Source: a bacterium (lineage in GTDB: Bacteria; Armatimonadota; Zipacnadia; Zipacnadales; UBA11051). Taken from it: 64,000 nt of DNA. A model generated the notes under the pieces. It worked only from the letters and a program-made list of their open reading frames with translations. It did no database searches and was not told the origin of the DNA. The position numbers and the translations under genes were made by a program. The stretch spans positions 2,453 through 66,452 of the forward strand of contig JAJFUB010000040.1 of NCBI GenBank assembly GCA_021372615.1. The letters run 5' to 3'. Shown piece after piece: positions 54,543 to 64,000 of this stretch; the first letter of the stretch is position 1, and the number at the start of each line of letters is the position of its first letter.

Positions 54543-54767
54543 GGGGTGCTGACGGTCGTGCTCCGGTGCGGAGGGGGCGGCCATCCCGGCCTGCCCCCCT
54601 GGCGAGTGTGTGTTCCCGGGGGCGGTGCCGGCCCTCGTCGTGCAGGTTGTCCTCCCCCCCACGCCGAAGCCTCCGATCTGGTACTGCATCTCACAGCAGA
54701 CATGACGAGAACCCCAAGAGGGCCCTATACATGCGGACCGCCGACCAGTCGCTGGCCGAGGTGAGCC

Positions 54768-55283
54768 GTGGAACCTGATGCCGACGCCAGAGGGAAGGCG
54801 GAGAGCCGCGCGCATGGGGGCCGGCCGCTTTGGCTGCGCGTGTTTGTGCAACTCATCCTGGGCGGGCTGCTGGGAGTGATCGCGCCGCTGTTGGCCGTGG
54901 CGCTCTCCCCGCTGTCCTCCCCGACGCTGCAGTGGGCTCTGGGCGCCGGGGTCCGCAAGACGGGCATGCTGGCGCTCATCCAGCTCGGGGGCGCCCTGCC
55001 CTATCTGCTGGCAGGAGCGATCGCGGTGGTGGTGACGTGGCTGGTCGTGCGCAAGCCGTGGGACGCCATGGGCGCCGTGGCGCTGGAGGCCGCCGTCGTC
55101 GTGACCTTCGGCGTCACCTGCCGGCCCTCCAGCGACGCTGCCATGCCGGCATGGTGGTGGCCGACGATGATTGCCGGTGAGGTGCTGGCGCTGTGCGTGG
55201 GGGCAGTGCTGGTCGCCCTCCTGCTGCAGCGACGAGGGCGGCAAGTGGCGACCGAACCGACCGACGCCGCCTTCCTGCCGTGA
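54768..55283 (+). CDS. Hypothetical membrane protein
   Basis: 171-aa ORF with 3-4 hydrophobic helices. No recognisable family. The start is uncertain. Confidence 0.4.
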   Translation: MEPDADARGKAESRAHGGRPLWLRVFVQLILGGLLGVIAPLLAVALSPLSSPTLQWALGAGVRKTGMLALIQLGGALPYLLAGAIAVVVTWLVVRKPWDAMGAVALEAAVVVTFGVTCRPSSDAAMPAWWWPTMIAGEVLALCVGAVLVALLLQRRGRQVATEPTDAAFLP

Positions 55284-55294
55284 AAGGACATGAC

Positions 55295-56143
55295 ATGTGG
55301 ACTGCCGATGAACTGCTGGCCGAAGCGGTCGGCGGGCGCGTGGGGAAGCGCTTCGTCGGGCTCGATGAGGTGGACGACCTGAGCGTCGCCGAACTGCAGC
55401 AGGGCGCGGCGCAGGTACTGGCCCGGCCGCAGAAGGCCGAGTTCATCCCCGGAGCCCGCCCACTGAGCCGCCGGCTCCTGGCCGCCCAGTGGACGCGCGT
55501 GATCGAGCGCGTCGGCCTGCCGGCGCGGCCCCGTGTGCTGGAGCTGTGCGCCGGGGGGAGTGATCCTGTGATCGTCGCGCTGGACGTGCTGTTCGGGGCC
55601 GCGGCCGACTATGTGACCGTGAACTTGAACCGCAAGCTCACCGAGGAGCTGATGGCGCGCTTTGAGGACCTCGACCTGCGCGCGGCGATCATCGAGGACG
55701 ACGCCCAGAACGTGCCCCGGCTCTTCGCCGAGCCGGTCTTCGACTGCGTCTGCTTCCATCACGCGGTCAACGACATCCTGGAGACCGCGGTGGCCGAAGC
55801 GCACGGCTGGGACACCCGCGACCTGGACTGGTGGCCCAACGAGCGGCAGATGATCGAGTGGATGGACGAGCAGTACCGGGCCGACGGCATGGAGGCGGTG
55901 GGCCTGCCGCAGCTGCGGCGCATCTTCACCGCCGCCGCACAGGTCGTCAAGCCGGGCGGGACGCTCATCTTCGACCATTGGACGTGGGAATACCACCTCA
56001 GCCTGGACTGGTTCCCGGGCGAGCTGTTCAACAACCTGATCCCGCTGGCGCGGGAAGTGGCGCTGGCGCTGCCGGTGGGGCTGGAAGAAGTGACGCCGGA
56101 GGGTCTGGACCGGCAGTGGTGGATGGTGCTGAGGAGACTGTAG
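55295..56143 (+). CDS. Class I SAM-dependent methyltransferase-like protein
   Basis: ATG at 55295 (MWTADELL...) with AAAGGA upstream. VLELCAGGSDP resembles SAM-binding motif I; LIFDHW is consistent with the post-motif region. Confidence 0.6.
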   Translation: MWTADELLAEAVGGRVGKRFVGLDEVDDLSVAELQQGAAQVLARPQKAEFIPGARPLSRRLLAAQWTRVIERVGLPARPRVLELCAGGSDPVIVALDVLFGAAADYVTVNLNRKLTEELMARFEDLDLRAAIIEDDAQNVPRLFAEPVFDCVCFHHAVNDILETAVAEAHGWDTRDLDWWPNERQMIEWMDEQYRADGMEAVGLPQLRRIFTAAAQVVKPGGTLIFDHWTWEYHLSLDWFPGELFNNLIPLAREVALALPVGLEEVTPEGLDRQWWMVLRRL

Positions 56144-56171
56144 CCACCACAGACAGAGGGAGTGAGGTCCC

Positions 56172-56624
56172 GTGGCGACAGACTGGCAACTCATTCGCAC
56201 GGTGATGAACGGGGTCCTGGACGCCTGCGAGGCGATGGAGGCGCTGGCGCCCGATCTGTACGCCGGCGAGTACGAGGCGCGTTCGGACTACCAGGACGAT
56301 GTGTGCGTAGGTGACTTCCTGAACCGCTTCTGGCTGTACCCTGAAGGCGCCCAACGCGACCTCATCCGCTTGCGGGCCGCCCTGGGGTGTGCCATGGACC
56401 ACCCGCCGGAGGTGGCCCGGGCCTTGGTCGCAGCGGCGATGGCCTGCGCCGAGGCGGTGGGTGTGTCCGCCGACGACCTCAACCGGGAGGTCGAGGACTT
56501 CAGGCCACATTGCGGCTCGGCGGGCAAGTCCATCCGCAGCCACCTGGAGGCCATCCCGTCCATCCAGAACGGGTGGATGCTGACGGGCGTCAGCCGGGCC
56601 CTGGCGGAATGCCGCTCCCGCTAG
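56172..56624 (+). CDS. Hypothetical protein
   Basis: GTG start preceded by GGGAG. 150 aa, no recognisable domain. Confidence 0.5.
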   Translation: MATDWQLIRTVMNGVLDACEAMEALAPDLYAGEYEARSDYQDDVCVGDFLNRFWLYPEGAQRDLIRLRAALGCAMDHPPEVARALVAAAMACAEAVGVSADDLNREVEDFRPHCGSAGKSIRSHLEAIPSIQNGWMLTGVSRALAECRSR

Positions 56625-56635
56625 CGCGGGACGGT

Positions 56636-56725
56636 GCCAGTCGCGTGGGCGCGCGTGTCCTCACGCGCGCAACCTCGGGCCGGAATGCGCGCGTGAGGAT
56701 ACGCGCGCCCACGCGGAACATGTGG
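56636..56725. repeat. REP family 2: two inverted copies (CGCGTGGGCGCGCGTGTCCTCACGCGCGC ... GCGCGCGTGAGGATACGCGCGCCCACGCGG)
   Basis: Intergenic, downstream of the hypothetical gene and upstream of the ankyrin gene. Confidence 0.8.
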
Positions 56726-56760
56726 CGCCGCACCCACGTGCGACAACAGGAGGTGCCGCC

Positions 56761-57552
56761 GTGTCGAACTCGGCCGACCAGGGACATGCCTACGTCGAGA
56801 AGATGCGCGCCAAGGGCAAGAGCGACACCGAGATCGAGCAGGCCCTGCAGCAGGCCGGGTGGGCCGCGGCGCAGATCGCGGCGGTGGTGGGTCAGCCCGC
56901 CAGCCTGCACGAGGCCGCTGCCCGCGGCAACGTGGCTGCCATCCACGATCACTTCAAGCACGGCGGCGATGTGAATGTGCGTGGCCCGGCCGGAGAGCCC
57001 ATTCACGCCGCCGCGGCCGCCGGGCATGTCGAGGCCGTTGCCGCGCTGATCCAGCATGGCGCGGTGCTGCACCACCAGGGCCGCGACGGCATGACGCCTC
57101 TGCACCTGGCGGCGGCGGGCGGGCATGAGGGGGTGGTGCAGGTCCTGCTGGACCGCCGTTGCGACATTGACCTGCGCGACCTGCAGCACATGACGCCGCT
57201 GCACATCGCCGCGCGGGAGGGGCAGCTTGGTGTGGTGGAGATGCTGCTCGACAACGGCGCCGACATTGACGCCGAGGACACCAACGGTCAGACGCCGGTG
57301 CAGGTGGCGGTGAAGGCCGGACAGCTTGAGGCCGTGCAGTACCTGCTCGACATGGGCGCGAACCTCGAACAGGTGGACCAGCGCGGCCAGACGCTGCTGC
57401 ACACCGCAGTCCGGCAGGGCTCGACGGACATGATGCGGCTGCTCATCAACCGGGGCATCCAGCTCAGCGTGCGCGACAACAACGAGCGCACGCCCCTGGC
57501 CGTGGCGGAGGGCGAGGCGAAGGCGCTGCTGGAGGAGTACGGGGCGAAGTGA
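56761..57552 (+). CDS. Ankyrin-repeat protein
   Basis: GTG at 56761 preceded by AGGAGG with a 6-nt spacer. At least six ANK repeats (…GMTPLHLAAAGGHEGVVQVLL…, …HMTPLHIAAREGQLGVVEMLL…, …GQTPVQVAVKAGQLEAVQYLL…). Confidence 0.85.
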   Translation: MSNSADQGHAYVEKMRAKGKSDTEIEQALQQAGWAAAQIAAVVGQPASLHEAAARGNVAAIHDHFKHGGDVNVRGPAGEPIHAAAAAGHVEAVAALIQHGAVLHHQGRDGMTPLHLAAAGGHEGVVQVLLDRRCDIDLRDLQHMTPLHIAAREGQLGVVEMLLDNGADIDAEDTNGQTPVQVAVKAGQLEAVQYLLDMGANLEQVDQRGQTLLHTAVRQGSTDMMRLLINRGIQLSVRDNNERTPLAVAEGEAKALLEEYGAK

Positions 57553-57625
57553 CGGCAGAGGCTCCTCACCCCTGCCCCTCTCCCGCGCGCGATGAAGCTG
57601 CGCGCCGGCGAGGGGACACTTCCGC
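57553..57625. repeat. REP family 3 intergenic copy (GGCTCCTCACCCCTGCCCCTCTCCCGCGCGCGATGAAGCTGCGCGCCGGCGAGGGGA)
   Basis: The 30-nt core is identical to the in-frame copy inside tsaD. Confidence 0.8.
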
Positions 57626-57756
57626 CGCTTCCGTGGCTTCTACGCCACCAACGCGACTAACCAGTACCCCTCCCCTGCGGGGAGGGGGCGCGCCGCAGGC
57701 GCGGGGGTGGGCGCCGTTCGGAACTCCGGCCACTCTTGCGCTGTCAGGACCCTCAC

Positions 57757-59013
57757 ATGACCCGCTCCACTCTCTTCACCCTCGCCGTGCTCGCCGCCGC
57801 ACCCGTGACGGCCCAGCACCTGCTCGTGCCCATGGACAAGACGCAGACCAACCACCTGCGCGCCTATGGGCTGACGTACTGGTGCCTGCAGGCCCCGCGG
57901 GGGTATGAGTGCGAGTGGCTGCTGAACTTCCGCGGCGGGAGCTTCCTGCTGCCCGATACGGCGGAGGTGCGGGCGCGGGCGGGGGCCATGGGGGTGCTGG
58001 TGTCACCGCTGGATGGCGCCGGGCGAGAGGCGCTCAACCGCACCATCGCCCAGGGCAACATGGAGCGGGTGCAACTGACCCGGGCGCCGCGGGTGGCTGT
58101 GTACGTGCCCCCCGACAATGAGCCCTGGGATGACGCCGTGCGGGTGGCGCTCGAATACGCCCAGATCGAGTACAAGACGGTGTGGGACCGCGAGGTGCTG
58201 GCGGGGAAGCTGGCCGACTACGACTGGCTGCACCTGCACCACGAGGACTTCAGCGGCCAGTTCGGCCGCTTCTACACCACCTTCGCCAACACCCCATGGT
58301 ACCGTCGGCAGGTGCAGTCCTCCCAGCAGGTGGCGCAGGCGCTGGGATTCCCCTCGGTGTGCGCCGAGAAGCAGGCCGTGGCGGCGGCCATCGCCGGGTG
58401 GGTTGGCAAGGGTGGCTTGCTGTTCGCCATGTGCAGCGCCCCCGACAGCCTCGACGTGGCGCTGGCGGCTCAGGGCCTGGATATCGTGCCCCCGCAGATT
58501 GACGGTACGCCGCTGGACCTGCAGGCCAACAGCAAGCTCAACTTCGCACGCACGCTGGCGTTCCGGAGCTTCAAGCTGGTCATGGACCCCTCGGTGGTCG
58601 AGATCTCCGACATTGATGTGGAGGCGGCGGGTGGCACGCGTTCGACCGGGCAGGCCTTCGAGCTGTTCGAGTTCTCGGCCAAGCAGGACCCCATCGCCAC
58701 CATGCTGGTGCAGGACCACGTGGCGCGGGTGCCGGACTTCATGGGTCTGACTACCGCCTTCCGGCGCGGGGCGCTCAAGGATACCGCGATCGTGCTGGGC
58801 GACTTCCCCGGCCAGGACAAGGTCAAGTACATCCACGGCGACTACGGGGAAGGGACGTACACGTTCCTGGGGGGGCACGACCCGGAGGACTACGCGCACT
58901 TTGTGGGCGAGCCGGCGACCGACCTGAGCTTCCACCCGCACTCGCCGGGCTACCGGCTGATCCTCAACAACGTGCTCTTCCCGGCGGCCAAGACGAAGGA
59001 GCGGAAGACCTGA
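57757..59013 (+). CDS. Secreted hypothetical protein (possibly class-I glutamine-amidotransferase-like / ThuA-like fold)
   Basis: ATG at 57757 (MTRSTLFTLAVLAAAPVTAQ, signal peptide). The function call is weak. Confidence 0.7.
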   Translation: MTRSTLFTLAVLAAAPVTAQHLLVPMDKTQTNHLRAYGLTYWCLQAPRGYECEWLLNFRGGSFLLPDTAEVRARAGAMGVLVSPLDGAGREALNRTIAQGNMERVQLTRAPRVAVYVPPDNEPWDDAVRVALEYAQIEYKTVWDREVLAGKLADYDWLHLHHEDFSGQFGRFYTTFANTPWYRRQVQSSQQVAQALGFPSVCAEKQAVAAAIAGWVGKGGLLFAMCSAPDSLDVALAAQGLDIVPPQIDGTPLDLQANSKLNFARTLAFRSFKLVMDPSVVEISDIDVEAAGGTRSTGQAFELFEFSAKQDPIATMLVQDHVARVPDFMGLTTAFRRGALKDTAIVLGDFPGQDKVKYIHGDYGEGTYTFLGGHDPEDYAHFVGEPATDLSFHPHSPGYRLILNNVLFPAAKTKERKT

Positions 59014-59069
59014 CGGGAGAAGGGGTTCATTCCGGGGGCCGACCTCGCCAGCATGAAGGGAAGAGGACC

Positions 59070-60923
59070 ATGCGAACCCTGTGTGGCAGCATCGCCTTCA
59101 TCCTCCTCGTCGCGACCGTCGCCTCCGCTCAGCCCCTCACCCTCGTCGCCAGGGGCCGCAGCGCGTTCGTCATCTACCGCGACACGGCGGCTCCCCCCTC
59201 GGTCAGCCTGGCGGCCCAGGAGCTACAGCGGGTCATCAAGCTCTCGACCGGCGTGGAACTGCCCATTCGCGACGAACCGGCCTCGCCCATGATCTGTCTG
59301 GGCGACAACGCCGCCTCGCGCCAGGCGAAGCTGTCGGTGGAGGGGCTCCGGGACGACGGCTTCCTGATCGTCACGCGCGGGGGCAATGTCTACATCCTGG
59401 GGCGCGAGAACCCGGGCGACCAGCCGACATGGCGAGGCTACCTGACCCGGGGCACGCTGCTGGGGAGCTATGACTTCCTCGAGCGGGTGGTGGGCGCGCG
59501 CTGGCTGATGCCGTCGGAGGTCGGGGAAGAGATCCCGGCCCGCGAGCGGCTGACGGTGCCGGCGCTGAACCTCCGACAGGAGCCGGCGCTGCAGATCCGC
59601 TATCTCGTGGATGTCCAGGAGGGCCCGCCGCCCTCGGCCAAGGTCCCCGACTACCCGCGCGAGTGGGCTCTGCGCAACAAGCTGCAGACCACGCGGGAGG
59701 GCCGGCGCCTGGACCATGGCCATGCCTGGGACCAGTACATCCCCAAGGAGGAGTGGCTGGCACACCCGGAGTGGCTGGCGCGGGACGCCGCGGGCAACCC
59801 GCGCTCGTATGTGAAGCATCCCGCCGGCGTGAAGTACTGCACCAACAACCCCGAGCTGATCCAGCGTTTCGCGGCCGGGGTCATCCAGTGGCTGGACGAC
59901 CACCCCACGTTCAGGGGCGCGGCCATCTCGCCCTCTGATGGCGGGGACTTCTGCGAGTGCCCGGAGTGTCTGAAGCTGGTGACGAGAGACCCCTATGAGC
60001 GTCCCTCGTACAGCCGCGTGATCCTCAAGTTCTACAACGACGTGGCGCGGATCGTGGCCCAGAAGCATCCCGACCGACCGCTGGCCGGCTACGTGTACTA
60101 CAACTACATGTACCCACCCGCCGACGCGCCGAAAACGGAGCCGAACGTCTGGCTGGTGCAGGCGCCGCTGAACTACTACGGCTACGGCCTGCTCAAGCCG
60201 GTCTACCGCGAGGAGTTCCCCCGCGTTGTTGAGGGCTGGCTGAAGATCACCCCCAACTTCATCTACCACAACTACAGCAACTGGATGCGGTCGTTCAACG
60301 GGGCGCCGCTGCCCGCGGCACGGGACATCCTGAAGCTCGAGGTGCCCACGGCGGCGCGCGCGGGCGCCCAGGGCGTCGAGATGCTGGGCCTGGGGGCGTG
60401 GGGTATCGGCGGGCCGACCAACTACATCTACGCCCGGCAGCTCTGGAACCCGACCATTGACGTGGACAAGACATACGAGGAATGGCTGCGCCTGGCGTAT
60501 GGTCCGGCGTACGCGCCCATGCGCAAGATGCTGGACCAGATCGAGCAGCGCTTCGTGGCGTACAAGTCAGCCGAGAGCCCGGTCTACAAGGGCGAGATGT
60601 ACGAGATGAACTACGCCAAGGTGGAACAGATCTACTTGCCGCTCTTCCCGGAGATGGAGCGGCTGTACCTGGAGGCAGTGGACAAGGCCCGGACGGACAA
60701 GCAGAAGCGGCGCCTGGCGATGTTCGGGGACAACCTCATCATGCTGCACTGGGGGATGACGCGGGCGGGGATGACCTGGCCCGGGGCCGAGAGGTCGGTC
60801 TTCTACCGCACCGACGAGCAGTACGCGCAGTTCCTGGCCGACACCGAGTGGGCGTTCTGGGTATACCGCAACTCCGGGAAGCGGTACGTGGCCCCCATCT
60901 GGAAGGGTGAGTGGTCGGGCTAG
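59070..60923 (+). CDS. Secreted putative glycoside-hydrolase-like protein (DUF4838-like)
   Basis: Signal peptide MRTLCGSIAFILLVATVASA. 617 aa, with a CxxC..CxxC pair (DFCECPEC). Family assignment is from memory only. Confidence 0.7.
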   Translation: MRTLCGSIAFILLVATVASAQPLTLVARGRSAFVIYRDTAAPPSVSLAAQELQRVIKLSTGVELPIRDEPASPMICLGDNAASRQAKLSVEGLRDDGFLIVTRGGNVYILGRENPGDQPTWRGYLTRGTLLGSYDFLERVVGARWLMPSEVGEEIPARERLTVPALNLRQEPALQIRYLVDVQEGPPPSAKVPDYPREWALRNKLQTTREGRRLDHGHAWDQYIPKEEWLAHPEWLARDAAGNPRSYVKHPAGVKYCTNNPELIQRFAAGVIQWLDDHPTFRGAAISPSDGGDFCECPECLKLVTRDPYERPSYSRVILKFYNDVARIVAQKHPDRPLAGYVYYNYMYPPADAPKTEPNVWLVQAPLNYYGYGLLKPVYREEFPRVVEGWLKITPNFIYHNYSNWMRSFNGAPLPAARDILKLEVPTAARAGAQGVEMLGLGAWGIGGPTNYIYARQLWNPTIDVDKTYEEWLRLAYGPAYAPMRKMLDQIEQRFVAYKSAESPVYKGEMYEMNYAKVEQIYLPLFPEMERLYLEAVDKARTDKQKRRLAMFGDNLIMLHWGMTRAGMTWPGAERSVFYRTDEQYAQFLADTEWAFWVYRNSGKRYVAPIWKGEWSG

Positions 60924-61057
60924 GGACGCCGCCGAAATTCATGATTCCCGCAAGGAGGAATCCTGCGGGCCTCGGGGAAATGACCGCCGAGGGGAGCCGT
61001 TGAGGTGCCGTCTCGGGGGAGTACGAGCGGCGTACGGACCGGGAGGGTTCGCGGGAG

Positions 61058-61399
61058 ATGGGTAACACTGCGTCTTCAGACGGACTGATGGAGGTCCGGG
61101 TGAGCCCGGCGGTGGTGGTCGTGGTGCTGGTGTTGGTGGCGGCGATCCTGGTGGCGTTGTACCTGACGGTGATAGCCAGACCGCCGACGCCGACGCCGGA
61201 GGCGATCGGCGGCGCGCCGGCGACGACTGGCGCGTCTCCTGCCAGCATGCCGGCGGCGTCGGACGCAGCCGCCGCGGCAGGCAAGCCCGCAGTTGGCGGT
61301 CAGCCCCCGAAGGACGCGGACAAGCCTGCGGCCGGCGAGAAGGGTGAGGAGCCGTCCGCACCCCCGGCGGCGACGAAGACTCCGGGCGACAGCGGATAG
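61058..61399 (+). CDS. Small membrane-anchored low-complexity (Ala/Pro/Gly-rich) protein
   Basis: MGNTASSDG..., a TM helix VVVVVLVLVAAILVALYLTVIA, then a disordered tail. Followed by a hairpin terminator. Confidence 0.5.
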   Translation: MGNTASSDGLMEVRVSPAVVVVVLVLVAAILVALYLTVIARPPTPTPEAIGGAPATTGASPASMPAASDAAAAAGKPAVGGQPPKDADKPAAGEKGEEPSAPPAATKTPGDSG

Positions 61400-61420
61400 C
61401 ACCCGGGCTGCAGAAGTGAA

Positions 61421-61453
61421 CAAGCCGCGTCACGGATGACGCGGCTTGCATGG
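61421..61453. terminator. Bidirectional intrinsic-terminator-like hairpin CAAGCCGCGTCA-CGGA-TGACGCGGCTTG
   Basis: 12-bp stem followed by a T-containing tract. Lies between convergent genes 61058..61399 (+) and 61485..62309 (-). Confidence 0.65.
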
Positions 61454-61484
61454 TTTGCGCAGGGGGGAACGCTGGGCTGGCGGG

Positions 61485-62309
61485 TTACTGTGCTTCCTCC
61501 GCGGGCTCCAGCTTGGACTTCAGGGTGATGGCCAGCGGCATCTCGAAGCCGCCCAGGTCCACCCGGGCATCCACCTTCACCGTCGCCTCGCTCTCCACCA
61601 CGTGTGACTTGCCCATGTCGTACTTCTGGGTCATCTGCGGGATGCTCACGCGGGCGCCGCGCACATCCACCTGGGCGCCCGGCGCCATCGGGTTGGGCAC
61701 CTTGAAGTCGGGCACGAGCGCGGCGGCGGTGACGGCGAGGGTCGCGACCTGGCCGTCCACCTCCACGAGCTTCCAGCGCGTGTTGATGGGCACGTTGCCC
61801 ATGCCGGGAAGGGCGTAGACATCCTCGTAGGACCACTCCTGACCGCACGCGACTGGCTGGACCGGCAAGCGGGCCATGTGGGCGATGACCACGACCAGTT
61901 GCAGCGGAATGCCGCCGGTCGCGGCCCAGTCTATCGGCTCGGCATCCTTGGCCTCCGGCAGGGACATCTTCCCTCGCTCGTCCACCAGGATCTTCATCGG
62001 CGCCGGGTCATCAGGCTGCGAGGCCTGGCCGTTGAGGTTGGCCTTGATGTGCTTGAGCGCCATCTGGGTGGTGGCCTGCTTGGCCTCGGCGTCCACCGAC
62101 AGCACCTGCATCTCCACATCTGTCGCGGCGTCGCCGGTGATCCCCATGGCCTGCCCCTGCACCAGCGCCTCGACGATCTGGCCGGTGAGCTTCTCCTGCC
62201 ACTTGGTGTCAGCGGGCGGGGCGCAACGCAGGTCGTACGTCTGCTGGGCATGAGCGACAGTCAGCAGACACAGCAACAGCAACGGCGTCAGCCAACGCAG
62301 TGTTCTCAT
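61485..62309 (-). CDS. Secreted hypothetical protein
   Basis: ATG at 62309 (MRTLRWLTPLLLLCLLTVAHAQQ, signal peptide). No recognisable domain. Confidence 0.7.
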   Translation of the reverse strand: MRTLRWLTPLLLLCLLTVAHAQQTYDLRCAPPADTKWQEKLTGQIVEALVQGQAMGITGDAATDVEMQVLSVDAEAKQATTQMALKHIKANLNGQASQPDDPAPMKILVDERGKMSLPEAKDAEPIDWAATGGIPLQLVVVIAHMARLPVQPVACGQEWSYEDVYALPGMGNVPINTRWKLVEVDGQVATLAVTAAALVPDFKVPNPMAPGAQVDVRGARVSIPQMTQKYDMGKSHVVESEATVKVDARVDLGGFEMPLAITLKSKLEPAEEAQ

Positions 62310-62343
62310 CGATTCCCTCCACAGGGGTATGGGTCGGTCGCAG

Positions 62344-63015
62344 CTAACCGTTTGGACCAAGGCGGCGGGCCAATTGTTTCACGAAAGGCAGGGCCGGGCG
62401 GTCTATTGCCAGGCGCTCGTCTACCACCCTGGCCACCTGCGCCGCGTCACTCAGGGCCTCCAGCTTGTCCAGCATGGCGATGCCCAGGCGTAGCTTGCGG
62501 AACAGACGCCGGAGATCGGACGCCGCGGCGGCTGCCTGCCAGCGCACCTGCTGCAGCACGCCGGTGGGCCACCGGCCGCGGATGCCCAGGGCGTAGACGC
62601 CGCCGGAGACGGTCGGGCCGAGGCAGGCGCCGCGCTGCCCCAGGGCGATGAAGGCGTGCTGCAAGTCGCGGGCGGCGACATGCGGGGTGCGCGGCCCGAG
62701 GATGAGGGTCTCGTCCTCCGGGGTCGGCGCCAGGAACAGCAGGACGTTGTCGAGGCGCTGCGCCAGGTTGGCCCCCATCTGGGGCACCAGCAGCCAGTAC
62801 TGGGGCGCAACCTGCGCGTACCAGTCGCGGCGGTCGGGGTAGGCGAGGACCAGATCGGGCGGTGGCGAACCGGGGCCGGGATGGACCTCGCGACACACCG
62901 CCAGTGTGTCCTTGAGGCCCGCCTCAACCAGTTGCGCCTGAAAGTCGTCACCCGCCGGGACCGAGCCCGTCAGCCCAAGGGTGGGATCGGCTAGGAGGAC
63001 CAGTGTGCGCTTCAT
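62344..63015 (-). CDS. Hypothetical protein, possibly DUF2064/CofC-like nucleotidyltransferase fold
   Basis: ATG at 63015 (MKRTLVLLADPTLGLTGSVPAGDD...). Weak resemblance only. Confidence 0.55.
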   Translation of the reverse strand: MKRTLVLLADPTLGLTGSVPAGDDFQAQLVEAGLKDTLAVCREVHPGPGSPPPDLVLAYPDRRDWYAQVAPQYWLLVPQMGANLAQRLDNVLLFLAPTPEDETLILGPRTPHVAARDLQHAFIALGQRGACLGPTVSGGVYALGIRGRWPTGVLQQVRWQAAAAASDLRRLFRKLRLGIAMLDKLEALSDAAQVARVVDERLAIDRPALPFVKQLARRLGPNG

Positions 63016-63179
63016 TCGCCGCAGTGTTTCGTGCCGAGGTGGTGTACTGGAGCGGCCAGACGCGGGCTCAGTATACACAAAGCGCACCCGACAAACAACT
63101 CACACCACGCGGCGGCATGACCACGTCTGACGGTAGGCTACCACCAGCAACCAGGGCGGGGTGTCCCCCTGGCGGCGAG

Positions 63180-64000
63180 TCAGTGTCTGCCCCCGTCCGC
63201 CATCGTGCGGATGATGTGCGGGGTGACCAGGAGGACCGGGTGGGAGGAGGACGTCACCTGTGTCTCGCCCAGGAGGCTACGGAAGCGCCGCGTGGCGGCA
63301 TCGGCGGCGCGCTGCATCCCGCCGATGACCATGGACTGGCCGTCCGGCACGCGCACCTGCACATCGGTCATCACGGTCTTGGTGATGGGGATGCTGCTGC
63401 CATCGGGGGCGATGACGGCGCCGACAGCGTCGGTGAGCGTCGGCACCAGGCGCATCGTGACGGTGTCATTGCCCGTGATTCGTGGCAGGACCCAGAACTC
63501 AATCCCGGTGAAGATGGCGTACGGCTCGACCTCCACGTGCCGGTTGCCCCAGGCGTCGTAGCTGGCACGGGAGATGAAGAAGGGCAGGACCTGACCGAAG
63601 GAGACCGTGGCGGGGGTGTTGTTGAAGGTCGTGATGTTGGCCCCGACGGTGTCGCGGCCACGGCTGCGGCGCAGGTCCATCCCGGCCACGGCGAGCAGGT
63701 CCCCCACTCCCAGGCCGACCTGCAGCCCGCTCGGCGGCGCATTCCCGACGGTCCCCGCCTCCAGGTTCGGGGTCAGGGCCTGGAAGTCCAGCCCCCATTC
63801 CTGCACCTCCTCGGTGGGGTCGTCCAGCATCCGCAGGTCAATGTTGATCATCGGCTGGGGCTTGTCGAGCAGACGGATGATCTCCTCGGTGCGATCGTGG
63901 GCGTCGGCGCTGCCGCGCAGGAGAATGGCATTCTGCCGCAGGAGCGCCACCGGGGGTTGGGTGAGGCCGTCGGGCGGGGTGAGGGCGGCGGCGCCGGTGG
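63180..64000 (-). CDS. Secretin-like protein (type II/IV secretion secretin C-terminal domain); N-terminus runs off the window end
   Basis: C-terminal GQSMVIGGM...VLLVTPHIIR resembles the secretin-domain end (GQTVVLGGL...LLIFITPRIV). There is no stop upstream in the window. Confidence 0.6.
   Translation of the reverse strand, partial: TGAAALTPPDGLTQPPVALLRQNAILLRGSADAHDRTEEIIRLLDKPQPMINIDLRMLDDPTEEVQEWGLDFQALTPNLEAGTVGNAPPSGLQVGLGVGDLLAVAGMDLRRSRGRDTVGANITTFNNTPATVSFGQVLPFFISRASYDAWGNRHVEVEPYAIFTGIEFWVLPRITGNDTVTMRLVPTLTDAVGAVIAPDGSSIPITKTVMTDVQVRVPDGQSMVIGGMQRAADAATRRFRSLLGETQVTSSSHPVLLVTPHIIRTMADGGRH

Noticed and set aside
58003-58941. 312-aa minus-strand ORF
   Set aside because: Antisense to the secreted hypothetical gene 57757..59013.

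Overview
High-GC (~68-70%) bacterial chromosomal segment. The gene content (three H-X9-DG/DUF1559 proteins, two with type-IV-pilin-like leaders; large secreted lyase/hydrolase-like proteins; GH116; a sulfatase-like enzyme; a secretin) suggests a Planctomycetota/Verrucomicrobiota-like lineage, but this cannot be confirmed from sequence alone.

About 55 protein-coding genes are supported on both strands. No rRNA, tRNA or CRISPR array was recognised. Gene calls come from the six-frame ORF track, with starts refined by RBS position and N-terminal plausibility. The track uses ATG, GTG and TTG starts. Coordinates I counted by hand for short motifs may be off by 1-2 nt.

Main content:
- tandem amidohydrolases
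- livG-livF-paaK
- a 2-hydroxyacid dehydrogenase
- a PEBP lipoprotein
- a secreted tandem carbon-nitrogen hydrolase
- a GRP-type sugar transporter
- a sulfatase-like enzyme
- an intact REP-associated tyrosine transposase (RAYT) embedded in REP arrays
- two paralogous giant heparinase II/III-like proteins with FG-GAP beta-propellers
- GH99-like and GH116 hydrolases
- an ECF sigma/anti-sigma pair
- photolyase-comF-UroD-like genes
- the t6A operon tsaE-tsaB::rimI-tsaD
- vapBC
- a lysyl-PG-synthase-like/PAP2/ArnT-like lipid-modification operon
- two Gfo/Idh/MocA oxidoreductases, an iron-sulfur flavoprotein and a second UroD-like gene
- ankyrin and TPR proteins
- a partial secretin

The most striking observation is the density of distinct palindromic REP-like element families (at least four). 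They occur in intergenic terminator positions and also inserted in-frame inside at least five or six coding sequences, including the essential tsaD gene and the tsaB-rimI linker. This resembles Rickettsia palindromic elements. An intact RAYT flanked by its cognate REPs and a ~93-bp tandem array is also present.
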